The notes beneath the pieces were generated by a model. That model worked only from the letters and a program-made list of their open reading frames with translations, had not been told where the DNA came from and made no database searches. This document shows positions 36,960-48,285 of a DNA stretch of 49,123 nucleotides, piece after piece. Within the stretch, counting starts at the first letter, position 1; each line of letters begins with the position of its first letter. The stretch is from Nemertoderma westbladi (taxonomy: Eukaryota > Animalia > Xenacoelomorpha): assembly GCA_032718475.1 (NCBI GenBank), contig JAUCBJ010004803.1, positions 1 to 49,123 of the forward strand. Direction: 5' to 3'. The translations under genes and the position numbers were made by a program.

Positions 36960-39900
36960 ATGTCTGATACTAAACAGAACCTGTCAGACAGTTTATTAGA
37001 TGTAACTATCTGCGACTCAGATAGAGGTGTAGAACCGTCTAGTCCTAAGTTCAGTTCACCTCCCACTGTGAGGAAGGTCATCCCTCCAGTAGTAATAACA
37101 GAACCTAGGCTGGTCCAACATCGTAGGTCTATCATAGGCACTCGAGCTCAGGTCAAGCGGGACCAAGAAGCAGCGGAACAGCAACAACCCGCGAGCCAAG
37201 AACTTATTTCTCAGCGGCCCGACAGCTCCAGTAGTGAAGATACTGTAGAACTGACACCCGAGCGCGGAGCAAAGATGACGGATGCAGTTTATTCGGATCC
37301 CCTTCTCATCCTTCCTGCAGCCGTACTCACTAGGTTATTGATCGCGGTGGAAGAACACCAGATCGATTGGGCGAGGAGTAAGCGACCAACTAAAGATAGT
37401 TATGAGGGATACACAAGGGAAGAACTGAAGTCTATGGTCGAGTCGCAATGGAACTTCCCCGGACCCGGACTCCCGTTTGATTTATCAGAAGCTGCCTGGG
37501 AAGACATACACCGGATGGGAGTAGCCAAGGAAACCATCGATCCAGCTGTATGGAAGAGGTCCGCAGCCGGATACGCACAAGGATTCTTCAGCTCTATGGA
37601 GCGAGTAGAAAAACAACTGTTTCAACAACCTCAAGGACCTCAAGAGCAGGGACAACTGCTTTATCAAGTTAGAGAAAGAATTCTGCGAATTAGGCTAATC
37701 TTATCGGCCTTTGAGGAGGCTTCTAAAAGAAGACAAGACACGTCGTTGCAAGTTGCCGTAAAGACTTGGTTTCAACGGGTGAGTCGCCAGGTTCAAGGAA
37801 CAGCTCAGTGGAAAGCTCAGCTGGAGGAGCGCTCAACCCATGAAGAATCAACCGACGCCACTTTTTCTCAAGAAGAAAGCGAAGTGACAGCAGAGAAACC
37901 GCATAAGAGGGATGCTATTGACATCTATCTGTCAGACTATCAATGCTTTGTAGGAGATGAAGAGTTGAGGAGAAGGTTGGAGGGGCTTAGCCCTAATAGT
38001 GAAGGAACCAAGCTTGTGCTGGACGCAATCGATGCGGAAATGTTAGCTGCGAACCAAGCTAAATTTGATGAACTCCTCCGCATCACTAGAGTCCAAGAAG
38101 ACCAAGTGAAGAAAAAACGTATAGAAGACAGAAAGATAGCAGCAGTGGCAGAGGCAGAAAGAAAAGCGACCTTGGCAGAAGCAGCAGCAGAGGCAAAAGC
38201 GGCAGCAGCAGAAGCAGCGGCAGAGGCAAAAGCGGCAGCGGCAGAGGCAAAAGCGGCAGCGGTGGCGGAAGCAGAACGGAGAGCGGCTGAAGAGATCGCC
38301 CAACTGGAGTTGGAAAATCTTCAAGAGAAGCAAGACGACTTCAGTAAACAGTTAACAGCTAGTAATATGCAGATGATGAATCGATCTACTCCCAAAAGAC
38401 AGGGTTATACATCATCTGAGGAAGGCGATACCACCGATACTGAAGGCAAAGGAAATCGATCTCGCCTAAGCAGACGTAAAAGAACATCCCACCGTCAAAA
38501 ATTGCCTGATTTGCCTCCAGCTGTTAGAAGGCAACTAAATAACACCAACTTAGGTAGTACAGAACCCACAGACCAAATAATTACAATAGAGAGACTCCCT
38601 ACTATAGTAGATGAGCCTGAAATAGTTAGGTCTGTTCCCGAAGCCACCCTTTCGGTCGTAGAGACACCTGTACTCCCTGAACCTACCTCTCAATTCCCTT
38701 TGCACAGCACTAAGCTACCTGTGCCCAGCAGAACAGCCCATGAGACAGTTCATGCCCTGGACTCCGAGCGAAATATTCATGATTTGTCACCCGTTGTCCC
38801 TCGTCCGCCCGCTACTACGTTGGCGACTCCCGCTTCGGCGGTCGAATGGGTGGACGAGAGACGGCGGGGGATGGATCTCCTGCTCGGGCAGATGCAGGAG
38901 ACTGTTCAGCAATTCAAGGGCACAGTAAGGGAAAGTAGGCTAGAGTTGCAAGAAGTGCAGCAAAGTATCGCGCTAGAACGCGATAAATTAGTAAATTTAC
39001 AAAAGGGTATATCACCACCCCCTGTAACAATGTGTCAACCCGTTAGGTCTGAAGTATCCCATGCGCAAGGTTCCACACGCATCTATACTGCTAGCGAAGT
39101 AGAAACTCCTATAGTAAACCCTATTAAGGGTAATTATAAACCTGTTGATAATGATATCTCATCTAGACTTGATAATAATCCGAGAAACTTATATACCGAT
39201 AATTCTCTATTCAATAATGCGATGGCTCAAGAAAGTTTTACACGCCAAATGGCTAGAACCGAAGCCCGACAAGCGGTAAAGGTTGGAGAGATCGTCAAGT
39301 TCAATGGAGATGAGATGAAATGGTTACCTTTTAATGAATATTACAAAGATAACATACAGAACTCTGTACTATCTAACGGAGAGAAACTTAGATTCCTCAT
39401 CGAATGTTTGGAAGGACCTCCCAAGTCAATGGCGTTAAAATTTATTGGACATCCAGATGGATTAAGACAAGTTTGGGATACACTAAACATCAGGTATGGT
39501 AATAGGACTAACATAGCTAGGTATTTATATGCAAAATTAATGGCGCCCCGAAAGTTTCTTAGCAGCGGGATTATAGAGTTTTCCGATGAGATTCAGGAGA
39601 TCTGTAGACAACTAGATTGGTTAGGTAAGTCTCATGAATACCAGAATTCTATTGTTGTAGGAGCCTTAGCATCTACTTTGCCCAAGGGTGGAGTAGGTAC
39701 ACGCTGGGACAAGAAGGTGTTATATATGATGGAACAACAACGAAGAGACCCTACCATGGCTGATCTCATGTCATTCTTGGACGGAGAAGTGAAATTACAA
39801 CTCCTCAAGCAGTCCAGAGAGAAGACACCGGAAAATAAGGTAAGTGAGAAACCCCTTTCCAGGAGAAAGGTAACACCAGTGTGTTATACCGACGACGGCG

Positions 39901-41873
39901 AAAGCCAGACTTCTCAAGGAGAGGATAGCGGGAAAGACACTGAAAGATCTTATTATGTCAATAAAACGCCTAAAGACCAGGTAAGTAAATTCAAGTCTCG
40001 AACCAATGACAGGAGAGAACAGGTAAGAAAAACTCCTCCTACGTCTCCCAAGAGAATTCAGGTGAGAAAGCCCGAGGAAAGAACGAACGTGCACCACACA
40101 GCACATGTTAAAGTAAGTAACATCAAGCCCAAATGTGTGCTGTGCGATGGGCCCCACCGTTTAAGTGCGTGTGATGAATTCCTGAGGAAATCACTAAAGG
40201 ACAGACGTGAAGTCATGTGGGATAAGCGGTTGTGTTATAATTGTCTCAGACGAGGACACCAACGGCGAACCTGTCACTCCGACACAAGGTGTGCAAAGTG
40301 CGGTGCGAAACATCATATCTTGTTGCACACTGAATTCGAGCGAAATAGTCCGAGTCAGGTAAGTGATTCCGAACTACATGTCCAATTCAGTGATGTGAAC
40401 GACACTGATCAATCTGAGATGGAAGGATTCTATACGGACGAGTTCTCAGACGAAAACGAATCCTGTTACTTAATAAACACCACCGCAGTGTATCGAGCAC
40501 TCATGTATGAGAAAGACACAGACAGCGACCTCACCCTATCTACTTCAGATCAACAACAATCTTGGAAAGCGCCAACTTCAAATGTAGGAATCCGAGAATT
40601 TCCTGTAGTCCAGTTACGGGTCCACGGACCTCAGAAGAGCTATATAGTGAACGCCCTCCTGGACTCCGGCAGCACAGGAACATTCATCGATAAAGAACTA
40701 GCCGACGACATCTTTGCTGGACAACCCAAGTTCCGAACCAAGCTAAACATGTCAGGGATCATGCAGGTTTGGAAATCTGCTGTGGCTGCCGACTATTATA
40801 TAGGTGAGTTGTCCACTCCACAGGATAAACTAGGAGAACACAGTATAAGGTCAGTCAAAATGGTGGCAATAAAGAACTTCGCTACCACCCAAGTGGAACC
40901 TTATAATTGGGACGAAGATGATCATGCCCAACAACTTAACATTCCTAAATTCGACACCGATTATCCTGGAGTACAAATATTAATCGGTCAAAACGCGCAT
41001 GAGGCGCTGGAGACATTGGAGAAACGACCTGCTCAACCGCAACCACTTCAGACCTATGCGGTAAGAACTAGAGTAGGTTGGTACCTTACTGAACCTTCCC
41101 GAAGAACACTCAGAGAAAGACTGCTTCAAGATCGCGTCTGCCAGGTGAGTGAATGGGAAGATGATACTAGTGAGGGAGACGACCCAACTGAGGGAACACC
41201 ATACTCATCAGATAATGACGATATTAGCTCCAATGTAGATCAATGGAGATATTGCCCCAAGAAGTTTAATCCAACTGACATCGCTTCCAGAGGAGCAACT
41301 CCTCAAGAACTGACAGATACTACAGACCGGTTAGGTGAACCCGACTTCCTGAGTAAGGAGGATGAATGGCCTCCCCATCTTACTCCGACTGAGATTAGAC
41401 CAGCCAAGGGAGCGGAGAAAGTCAAACCTAAAACCCGGACGGGTGGATCGGAGTTATTTAAACCCGGGATAGATCTGTCGGTATTACATATTGCCAGGGA
41501 CGACGCCGTGGATCTGGACCTCCCCACCGCGAGTGGATCCTTCATGAAGATCAGAGAGAGCGATTGGAGCTCTGGAACATCAGACGTCTCGCAGGGACTC
41601 TCACCTCTCCTGCAGGGAGCGACGGACCACTATAGCTCCTGGAATCGGCTTTGTAAGGCCGTCGTGTACCTAGAGCGATGTTTCTATCGTCACTATTCCA
41701 GGATGAAGAGGAAACCTGGAATTGTATTCGGGATGCAGCGACTCAATCACCCAGTCGGTCGTTTGTGTTTACCGGAAGGGAATGGAGGACTCTCCGGAAA
41801 CTGTGGAAGGCAAGATTCTCTTCCCACGACCACCTCCCTAATCCTTCAAACATCTAGGGACTCCATAACGTAA
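36960..41873 (+). CDS. BEL/Pao Gag-protease polyprotein with only remnants of RNase H and integrase regions (first ATG at 36960)
   Basis: DUF1759-like Gag (KFNGD..KW..F, EKLRFLIECLEG), three Cys/His knuckles (40134-40328), aspartic protease ALLDSGS (about 40655), RNase H tail QWRYCP..NPTDIASRG, YSSWNRL and HPVGRLCL. No RT YVDD or integrase DDE core. Confidence 0.93.
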   Translation: MSDTKQNLSDSLLDVTICDSDRGVEPSSPKFSSPPTVRKVIPPVVITEPRLVQHRRSIIGTRAQVKRDQEAAEQQQPASQELISQRPDSSSSEDTVELTPERGAKMTDAVYSDPLLILPAAVLTRLLIAVEEHQIDWARSKRPTKDSYEGYTREELKSMVESQWNFPGPGLPFDLSEAAWEDIHRMGVAKETIDPAVWKRSAAGYAQGFFSSMERVEKQLFQQPQGPQEQGQLLYQVRERILRIRLILSAFEEASKRRQDTSLQVAVKTWFQRVSRQVQGTAQWKAQLEERSTHEESTDATFSQEESEVTAEKPHKRDAIDIYLSDYQCFVGDEELRRRLEGLSPNSEGTKLVLDAIDAEMLAANQAKFDELLRITRVQEDQVKKKRIEDRKIAAVAEAERKATLAEAAAEAKAAAAEAAAEAKAAAAEAKAAAVAEAERRAAEEIAQLELENLQEKQDDFSKQLTASNMQMMNRSTPKRQGYTSSEEGDTTDTEGKGNRSRLSRRKRTSHRQKLPDLPPAVRRQLNNTNLGSTEPTDQIITIERLPTIVDEPEIVRSVPEATLSVVETPVLPEPTSQFPLHSTKLPVPSRTAHETVHALDSERNIHDLSPVVPRPPATTLATPASAVEWVDERRRGMDLLLGQMQETVQQFKGTVRESRLELQEVQQSIALERDKLVNLQKGISPPPVTMCQPVRSEVSHAQGSTRIYTASEVETPIVNPIKGNYKPVDNDISSRLDNNPRNLYTDNSLFNNAMAQESFTRQMARTEARQAVKVGEIVKFNGDEMKWLPFNEYYKDNIQNSVLSNGEKLRFLIECLEGPPKSMALKFIGHPDGLRQVWDTLNIRYGNRTNIARYLYAKLMAPRKFLSSGIIEFSDEIQEICRQLDWLGKSHEYQNSIVVGALASTLPKGGVGTRWDKKVLYMMEQQRRDPTMADLMSFLDGEVKLQLLKQSREKTPENKVSEKPLSRRKVTPVCYTDDGESQTSQGEDSGKDTERSYYVNKTPKDQVSKFKSRTNDRREQVRKTPPTSPKRIQVRKPEERTNVHHTAHVKVSNIKPKCVLCDGPHRLSACDEFLRKSLKDRREVMWDKRLCYNCLRRGHQRRTCHSDTRCAKCGAKHHILLHTEFERNSPSQVSDSELHVQFSDVNDTDQSEMEGFYTDEFSDENESCYLINTTAVYRALMYEKDTDSDLTLSTSDQQQSWKAPTSNVGIREFPVVQLRVHGPQKSYIVNALLDSGSTGTFIDKELADDIFAGQPKFRTKLNMSGIMQVWKSAVAADYYIGELSTPQDKLGEHSIRSVKMVAIKNFATTQVEPYNWDEDDHAQQLNIPKFDTDYPGVQILIGQNAHEALETLEKRPAQPQPLQTYAVRTRVGWYLTEPSRRTLRERLLQDRVCQVSEWEDDTSEGDDPTEGTPYSSDNDDISSNVDQWRYCPKKFNPTDIASRGATPQELTDTTDRLGEPDFLSKEDEWPPHLTPTEIRPAKGAEKVKPKTRTGGSELFKPGIDLSVLHIARDDAVDLDLPTASGSFMKIRESDWSSGTSDVSQGLSPLLQGATDHYSSWNRLCKAVVYLERCFYRHYSRMKRKPGIVFGMQRLNHPVGRLCLPEGNGGLSGNCGRQDSLPTTTSLILQTSRDSIT

Positions 41874-43529
41874 CAACATATGGAGTGGGTGTGTGACTCT
41901 ATTATTTTGTACTTGTTTTATTTTTATATTTATGTATGTATTATTATGTAATTTTATTTTAATCGTTTTATTTAATTTTATTTAGTAGTATGGTATTTTA
42001 GAGATTATTTAGTAGATTAGTGCAATATATATTCGCGTTTATTATTTAATTACGTATATTATATATTTAGTGCGACGGCGAGAAATAATTCTTTTTCTCT
42101 TTCCTTACTGCCCGTATCATATTATAAATACGTGACTACAGTAAGATGAAATATCCGTACTTATTAAAGTACAATAAAGCCACTACTATATTTAAGTATT
42201 ATTGGTAGGCAGAGTATTAGGAATGCAAAGTTCAGATCCTCGTGTCTCGGCTAAACCAAGCTCTGGGTAGACCTTGGAAACGACTTGCCTCTTCACACTG
42301 ACATTGCTTCGTGCGATATTGCTCTCATACCGTATATTAAATAATACATATAGTAGCGTGATGTCCCTCTAACAGTAGCGTGAAACGCAAATAAATCTGT
42401 TAAACCTTTTGACCATCTGTAATTCTAGTCGATTAAGATATCGCGGCACCCACCGATATACTTGAAAGACAAATTCTAGAATCAGTGGTTAACGTCCCCA
42501 GACAAGTTCTGGAATAAATCGGTGCCCATCTCAAATATTAATTATTTAATATTTGCAAATCTAATAAATCCAAATCTGTAAAATTCAGATCCTTCAACAA
42601 TTCTAGTCAATTAAGACATCGTAGCATTTACCGATATTCTTAAAAAGACAATTTTCATAGAATTAAGGATCTTGTGTCCCCAGACATGTTCTAGAATCAA
42701 AATATGTCAATTTAATTGTCAAATAATACAATTTCAGGGAATAAATTTAAATTCATGCCTTTTAATGAATTTAATAAATTGCCATTTTTACGCAATTTAT
42801 AACATTCCCAAAATTCCATTAATTAATAGATCAAGGGAGCGGAGATTTATCTTATTATGCGTATGAGTGTGCGAAAGTCTCCCAAACATAGTCAATAGCC
42901 GATAAAATTCATAAAGCCATGTATAAAACAGGACATTGACCATTAAAGAATTACTATTAAATAACATCCCAGATCTGTATGCATTGGAATTACCCTAATT
43001 CTACCGCTAGCTTTACATAATGTCACCATAGCAACAACCACGCTAGAATTAGAATTGAGTTAAAAGAACAATAGAAAGCTTGTCCCATTGAATAGCATAG
43101 GGAATAAATAGCGCACTGCTAGTATCCAAGGATACATAATAATACAGTGACATTCTGGAAGGCATTGACTAACGGACAAATGGCCCGAGTGTGTGTAATT
43201 TGTGACAAGTTGTGTGTGTGGTATTTGTGAGTTTATAGGCGAATGTTACTACTAAGGTGTGTTTACAGTAGCGAGTCGCAATTGTGAAAGTAACCCTAAC
43301 TCTCCAGTAAGAACCTGAGGTGTATCTAAGCCTTTGGGACGGACAGTCGAGTGACTTGTGCCGGTTGTCGTTGTCGTTGTGCGGCTACGTCGTTGGCGAA
43401 AGTACAGCGGCGACGACACATCGGCGCTGAGGATCTCGCACTGTCCGGGGGCTAATTGGGGTAGGCAGCGACGCTCGCTAGCCTAAATATAAACTCCTTA
43501 TAATATGGATAAACTCATATATAGCAGAT

Positions 43530-43937
43530 ATGACGGAGTTGATAGAAGATGGTCTTGGTATCGGGGAGCGATATACTCTACTTTTACAAGCGTTTGTTGA
43601 TAGCTTAATACGCGGCGACGTTAGTCCAACTGCTGCGGAGGACGATGGTCGTTATATCGAACCGACAATGTCCCAAGTGCAGCTCTCGCGAGAGTTGGAC
43701 TATAGAAAATTCGCTGCTCGATATACGCAGCGTAATGGTACGTATATGGGCTTCTTAACTACTGGTCATTCTATCGATTTACACGATACGGACTATGTCG
43801 AACATATCCTACCCAGAGGAGTCGAAACGATAAACCAAAATTCTAATGCGAAAATCCTATTCGAAATCGACTCGAAAGAAAAGACATTAAAGAAACAAAT
43901 AAACGCGGTAACTCCAACATATATTTGGAATTCTTGA
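43530..43937 (+). CDS. Hypothetical 135-aa ORF in the 3' internal region of the BEL element
   Basis: ATG-initiated, non-repetitive, protein-like composition, TATA-like sequences just upstream. No family recognised. Confidence 0.35.
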   Translation: MTELIEDGLGIGERYTLLLQAFVDSLIRGDVSPTAAEDDGRYIEPTMSQVQLSRELDYRKFAARYTQRNGTYMGFLTTGHSIDLHDTDYVEHILPRGVETINQNSNAKILFEIDSKEKTLKKQINAVTPTYIWNS

Positions 43938-44938
43938 TAGAAGCATTGTAACAACAAATAAATATCATCCGCGTTTCCCCTACCAGACGTGCGTCTTTGG
44001 TATTATTACGATAAATGCCCTAGACCCAGCCAATAAACGGAAAGACATAAACATCCACGGAAACGTTGTGTTAAACACAGTTGTGCTCGTTATATTTACT
44101 GGAGTTTCGAGCGAAACTTGTTTGACGTATCACCTATGCTCACTCGGCTCGAACGATCCTGGAGTAAACCTACGATCAGAGTCCCGGAATACTCGGTCAA
44201 ACCTCCTCATTCCTTAGTTGGACCTCAGACCTGCGATCCTGGTGGTGTCGAGGATCCTCGCGGACTGTATTCACTGTTCAAAGATCTAGTGCTACCCTAA
44301 CAATTAATCGGTAACACTCCGACAGTGATTTCTAGCTAGCCGCCCATCTTACCTAGCCGGATTGTGACGCGGACACCTAATATCACTATCCAACCGTATG
44401 GTCGTCCCCGTTTAACGCGATACAACCCTTCATCAAGGTGAAGGAGAGCGTTGTACGAAACGAGTTAAACGCTATTCTATAAAGATCAAAAAAGAAACCT
44501 GCGTTTGTTCAGATAAACGTAAGTTATAACAGTAAGTCCAATCGATAAACGAATTGGCCTTATCTCAGTTCGATTGGGAAATCTCGAATCTCTAAGAAGA
44601 TATCAAGCTTAGAAAACCCTATTCTCTGCGAGAGTTTTGGACGAACGTATCCCATGACAAGCGGAGGAAAATCAGCTCGAGGAGAAGCATATCGAAATGG
44701 ACGAGACACCGACCGTAAACCCAAACCTTCTAATGCAATTGTATTGCACCCTTTACCCAGGAGTTATAGCCTTTCTAGTAAAGTGGCTCGCCCCAAAGAG
44801 AAAAGGACTCTTGCTGGCCTCGGGAAACTGCGTGAACGCCGTCCGCGCAAGAAAAACTAACTGTTTAGAGTATCTTTATGTTTTAGAAACTGTGATTTTT
44901 ATATTTTATAGACTGAAAATCCCATTTTCTGGGAGCGG

Positions 44939-46128
44939 TGTAAAAGCTTTTGCTGAATTGCCCGGTTATTTTTCCTTATTTTTCCCGTAAAATACTCTGT
45001 AGTTGGTTTAATAGGCGTAAGAGGCCGTATTATTGCTGTATCGGTGTTTTTAGAGGATCTAAGAGCTATTTCTTCCGTATGTGTACTGTGGAAGGCATAG
45101 TTGATGATTCTATGGCAATTCCGTGACGCAAAAGAAGCGAGATACTCTTGAACAGTAGTTACTATGACGACGGTTAACAGCTGATATTCATACGTGTCGA
45201 TTTTCTTTGTTCTACGGCATCTCTCAGTTCAGTCAACCAATCAGAGCGTTTTTATGGCTCTTGTACAGAAATTTCCGAGAAATCACGTAATGCATTATGG
45301 GCAGTGTTATCATTCAGTCCTGAGCCAAGGAAGAACGGCTTTGGAGTATTTTGTGCTTTTCTGCTTTAGCCTTACACTAGTAGGCTTAATTATAAGGACA
45401 TATATCCGTTATCATAACATACCATACCTAATCAAACAACCTGTGCATACTTTTATATTGTTATACTGCTATTTACTGTCGGTTCTTCATAATATGGTTG
45501 ATGAATTATTATATTTGGAATAACAAGAAATAACCCCGAAAACCCAATATTCTTGATATACCGAAGGTAAGAGAGAAAGGTTACATATAACGATTGTGAC
45601 TTATGTTAAAGTGGTTTGAAGTGAATCTAATGTTATTTGATAGACCCTACATGATTCGGTCCGTGTTCCTTTTATATGTGACTAAAATCAGTGAAGATCG
45701 GCAGATCAGTGTGCAGTATTGTGCAGCATTGTGTATGAGTGAGACTGATAACGAAGCATTTCCTAAAGAATGCGCTATATATGTGAATTATAACTAAGCC
45801 ATATCGTTGTGAGTAGTTTAAGTCATAACTCTGTTTATATAGATAGAGCGCCACGTCCTAAAGGAACTGTTAATATTCCCCGAAGGTGAATAATATTGTC
45901 AGAGATTATATAATACTGTCAGTCGAATAATACATTAGGCTTACATAGCAATACGATTAAGCCGTCGAACCCAATCTCCCGGGTATATCCAACGGGTGAA
46001 TGATCGCGCACAGATTGGTTTCAACTAGTGTAGTGAATCAAATACTTGTTAGAGGCTAAAGCGATTTATTATCTAGAAGACATCCTAATTTGGCGGGTTA
46101 AACTGCCAAAGGTCTGAAAGCGCGAACA
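44939..46128 (+). repeat. 3' LTR (1190 bp)
   Basis: Near-identical to the 5' LTR. Confidence 0.96.
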
Positions 46129-46946
46129 CAAGTTTCAGCTTAAACGGATTAAAAGCAAAGAAATGGGAGGGCATTTAATGTTTAGACATGTGGCCCTCTA
46201 GCGGGAGACCATTGCACTGATGGTGTCTGAAAGTCTCTCAAAAATCTCAACTTTTGCTCATATTGATACCTACAAATTTTCAACTTGGCAGCTTTAAATC
46301 CGACAAAGTTATTAGCATGTCAAAATCGTAACGACGACAACGATTTCACTTTCAGACCTTTGGCCCTCTAGCGGCAGACTGGAGAACTGCAGATGGATTC
46401 GCCTCCTTTGAAAGTCACAGCTAATGGTCTAATACATATCTGCCAAGTTTCAGCTTAAACGGATTAAAAGCAAAGAAATGGGAGGGCATTTAATGTTTAG
46501 ACATGTGGCCCTCTAGCGGGAGAGCATTGCACTGATGGTGTCTGAAAGTCTCTCAAAAATCTCAACTTTTGCTCATATTGATACCTACAAATTTTCAACT
46601 TGGCAGCTTTAAATCCGACAAAGTTATTAGCATGTCAAAATCGTAACGACGACAACGATTTCACTTTCAGACCTTTGGCCCTCTAGCGGCAGACTGGAGA
46701 ACTGCAGATGGATTCGCCTCCTTTGAAAGTCACAGCTAATGGTCTAATACATATCTGCCAAGTTTCAGCTTAAACGGATTAAAAGCAAAGAAATGGGAGG
46801 GCATTTAATGTTTAGACATGTGGCCCTCTAGCGGGAGACCATTGCACTGATGGTGTCTGAAAGTCTCTCAAAAATCTCAACTTTTGCTCATATTGATACC
46901 TACAAATTTTCAACTTGGCAGCTTTAAATCCGACAAAGTTATTAGC
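46129..46946. repeat. 315-bp array, right part (about 2.6 units)
   Basis: Continues in register after the TSD. Confidence 0.96.
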
Positions 46947-48285
46947 CCCCTAACAGTGTCAATTCGCTAAGGCTCCGCCAACTTCGTGGTTCGCCCCACA
47001 TACTATAGATATTATACACACTACATATTAAATTTCCTGGTTACTTGCAATATTTTTAATAGGATTTTGTTGAATTATAAAATATTGTAGTAATTTATAT
47101 GTTAATTTAGTTAACATTCAATACAGCTCCTACTTTAGGCTTAGTCAATTTATTATCTGATGGTACAAACATGAATTAATTATTTCAAAGTGGTCTTAAG
47201 TCTTTCACCACGGGCACTCAGGGAAATGCCGGGGTCTGGGGGCGATAACCCCCAAGAAAAGAAGCGGGGGTTTGGGGGCGGCAGCCCCCAACAAAAGAAG
47301 CGGGGGTTTGGGGGCGGCAGCCCCCAATTAAAAGAAAAACAAACAAAATTTGACTATAAAAATGTTTATTTTATAATTTTGAAAAAAACTTGTCTAGATA
47401 CAACTTGTCCTGTAACCATCTTTAACTTTTGTTTATTGCTTTGATGCACCCAGATTAATTTTAACACTTTAACTGGGGGGAAGTGTCCGGGGGGATGTGT
47501 CCTACTTTGGCGGGGGAAAGTGTCCGGGGGGGGGGGGAAGTGTCCTAGATCCCGGTTTACATATCATCATAGGTCTACAATAGACCTTATGGAGGGTCGC
47601 TAAAAGTCTCAAAACTTTATATAGAAACTATAGGTGGAGCCGACTTTGCCGACCAATTTGACTATTCCGACCACCTTTTGGGCCGTGTATAAAGACGACT
47701 ATTCGACCCAGTGAACTGATGGTAAGTCGCAAGTGGTCGGCAGTTCGGCTTACATATATCATCATAGTCTACAATAGGCGACTATTCGACCCAGTGAACT
47801 GAGAGTAAGTCGCAAGTGGTCGGCTGGTCGGTTTAGACATATCATATACAGGGGTCTGGGTGGTCGGAATAGTCGAATTGGTCGGCAAAGTCGGCTCCAC
47901 CTAAACTCTACATATACGGGTGTAAAGTTTTGCGACTTTTAGCGACCCTCCTTATAGTCTATTGTAGACCTATGATGATATATGTAAGCCGAACTGCCGA
48001 CCACTTACGACTTACCCTCAGTTCACTGGGTCGAATAGTCAGTCGCCTTTATACATGGCCCAAGAGTGGTTGGAACTTGGCCTAACCTAAATACTTCCGA
48101 TGTAAACTAGCCGACTTTTAGCGATCGTCCATAAGTCACCTGTCTGTGGTCGGCTTTCATATATAATAGTTAACACATACACATACACAATAATTCAAAT
48201 ATACATTAAATATATAATGTAAAGATGATAGAAAAAATAATAAAGTATTGAGGGTCTTTAGCTGGTTATATTATATTAGATAATG

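Larger units (their letters stand above)
33577..46128 (+). mobile_element. BEL/Pao LTR retrotransposon, non-autonomous, recent insertion
   Basis: TGT...ACA LTRs, 5-bp TSD CAAGT (33572-33576, 46129-46133), short purine-rich GGGAGCGG before the 3' LTR, and a BEL-type Gag-protease ORF. Confidence 0.95.
31346..47000. mobile_element. Non-autonomous element (Helentron/HINE-like) carrying a 315-bp tandem array
   Basis: Asymmetric inverted ends CACGAAGTGGGGCCTT / AAGGCTCCGCCAACTTCGTG. TACTATA on both flanks. The array is interrupted by the LTR element. Confidence 0.55.
30804..47552. mobile_element. Mutator-like DNA transposon remnant (ends 30804-31345 and 47001-47552)
   Basis: Inverted ends with repeated GGACACTTCCCCCC / GGGGAAGTGTCC. 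8-bp flanks CGGCTTAC / CGGTTTAC. Second inverted pair at about 30942 and 47417. The minus-strand peptide LERYN...HPHLLQF (31119-31319) resembles a MULE transposase C-terminal motif. Confidence 0.7.
30480..48160. mobile_element. Foldback-like modular repeat element (30480-30803 plus 47553-48160), split by later insertions
   Basis: Modules GTCGCAAGTGGTCGGCAGTTCGGCTTACATAT resume at 47553 where they were interrupted at 30803. 47860-48060 is the reverse complement of the same modules. Confidence 0.7.
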
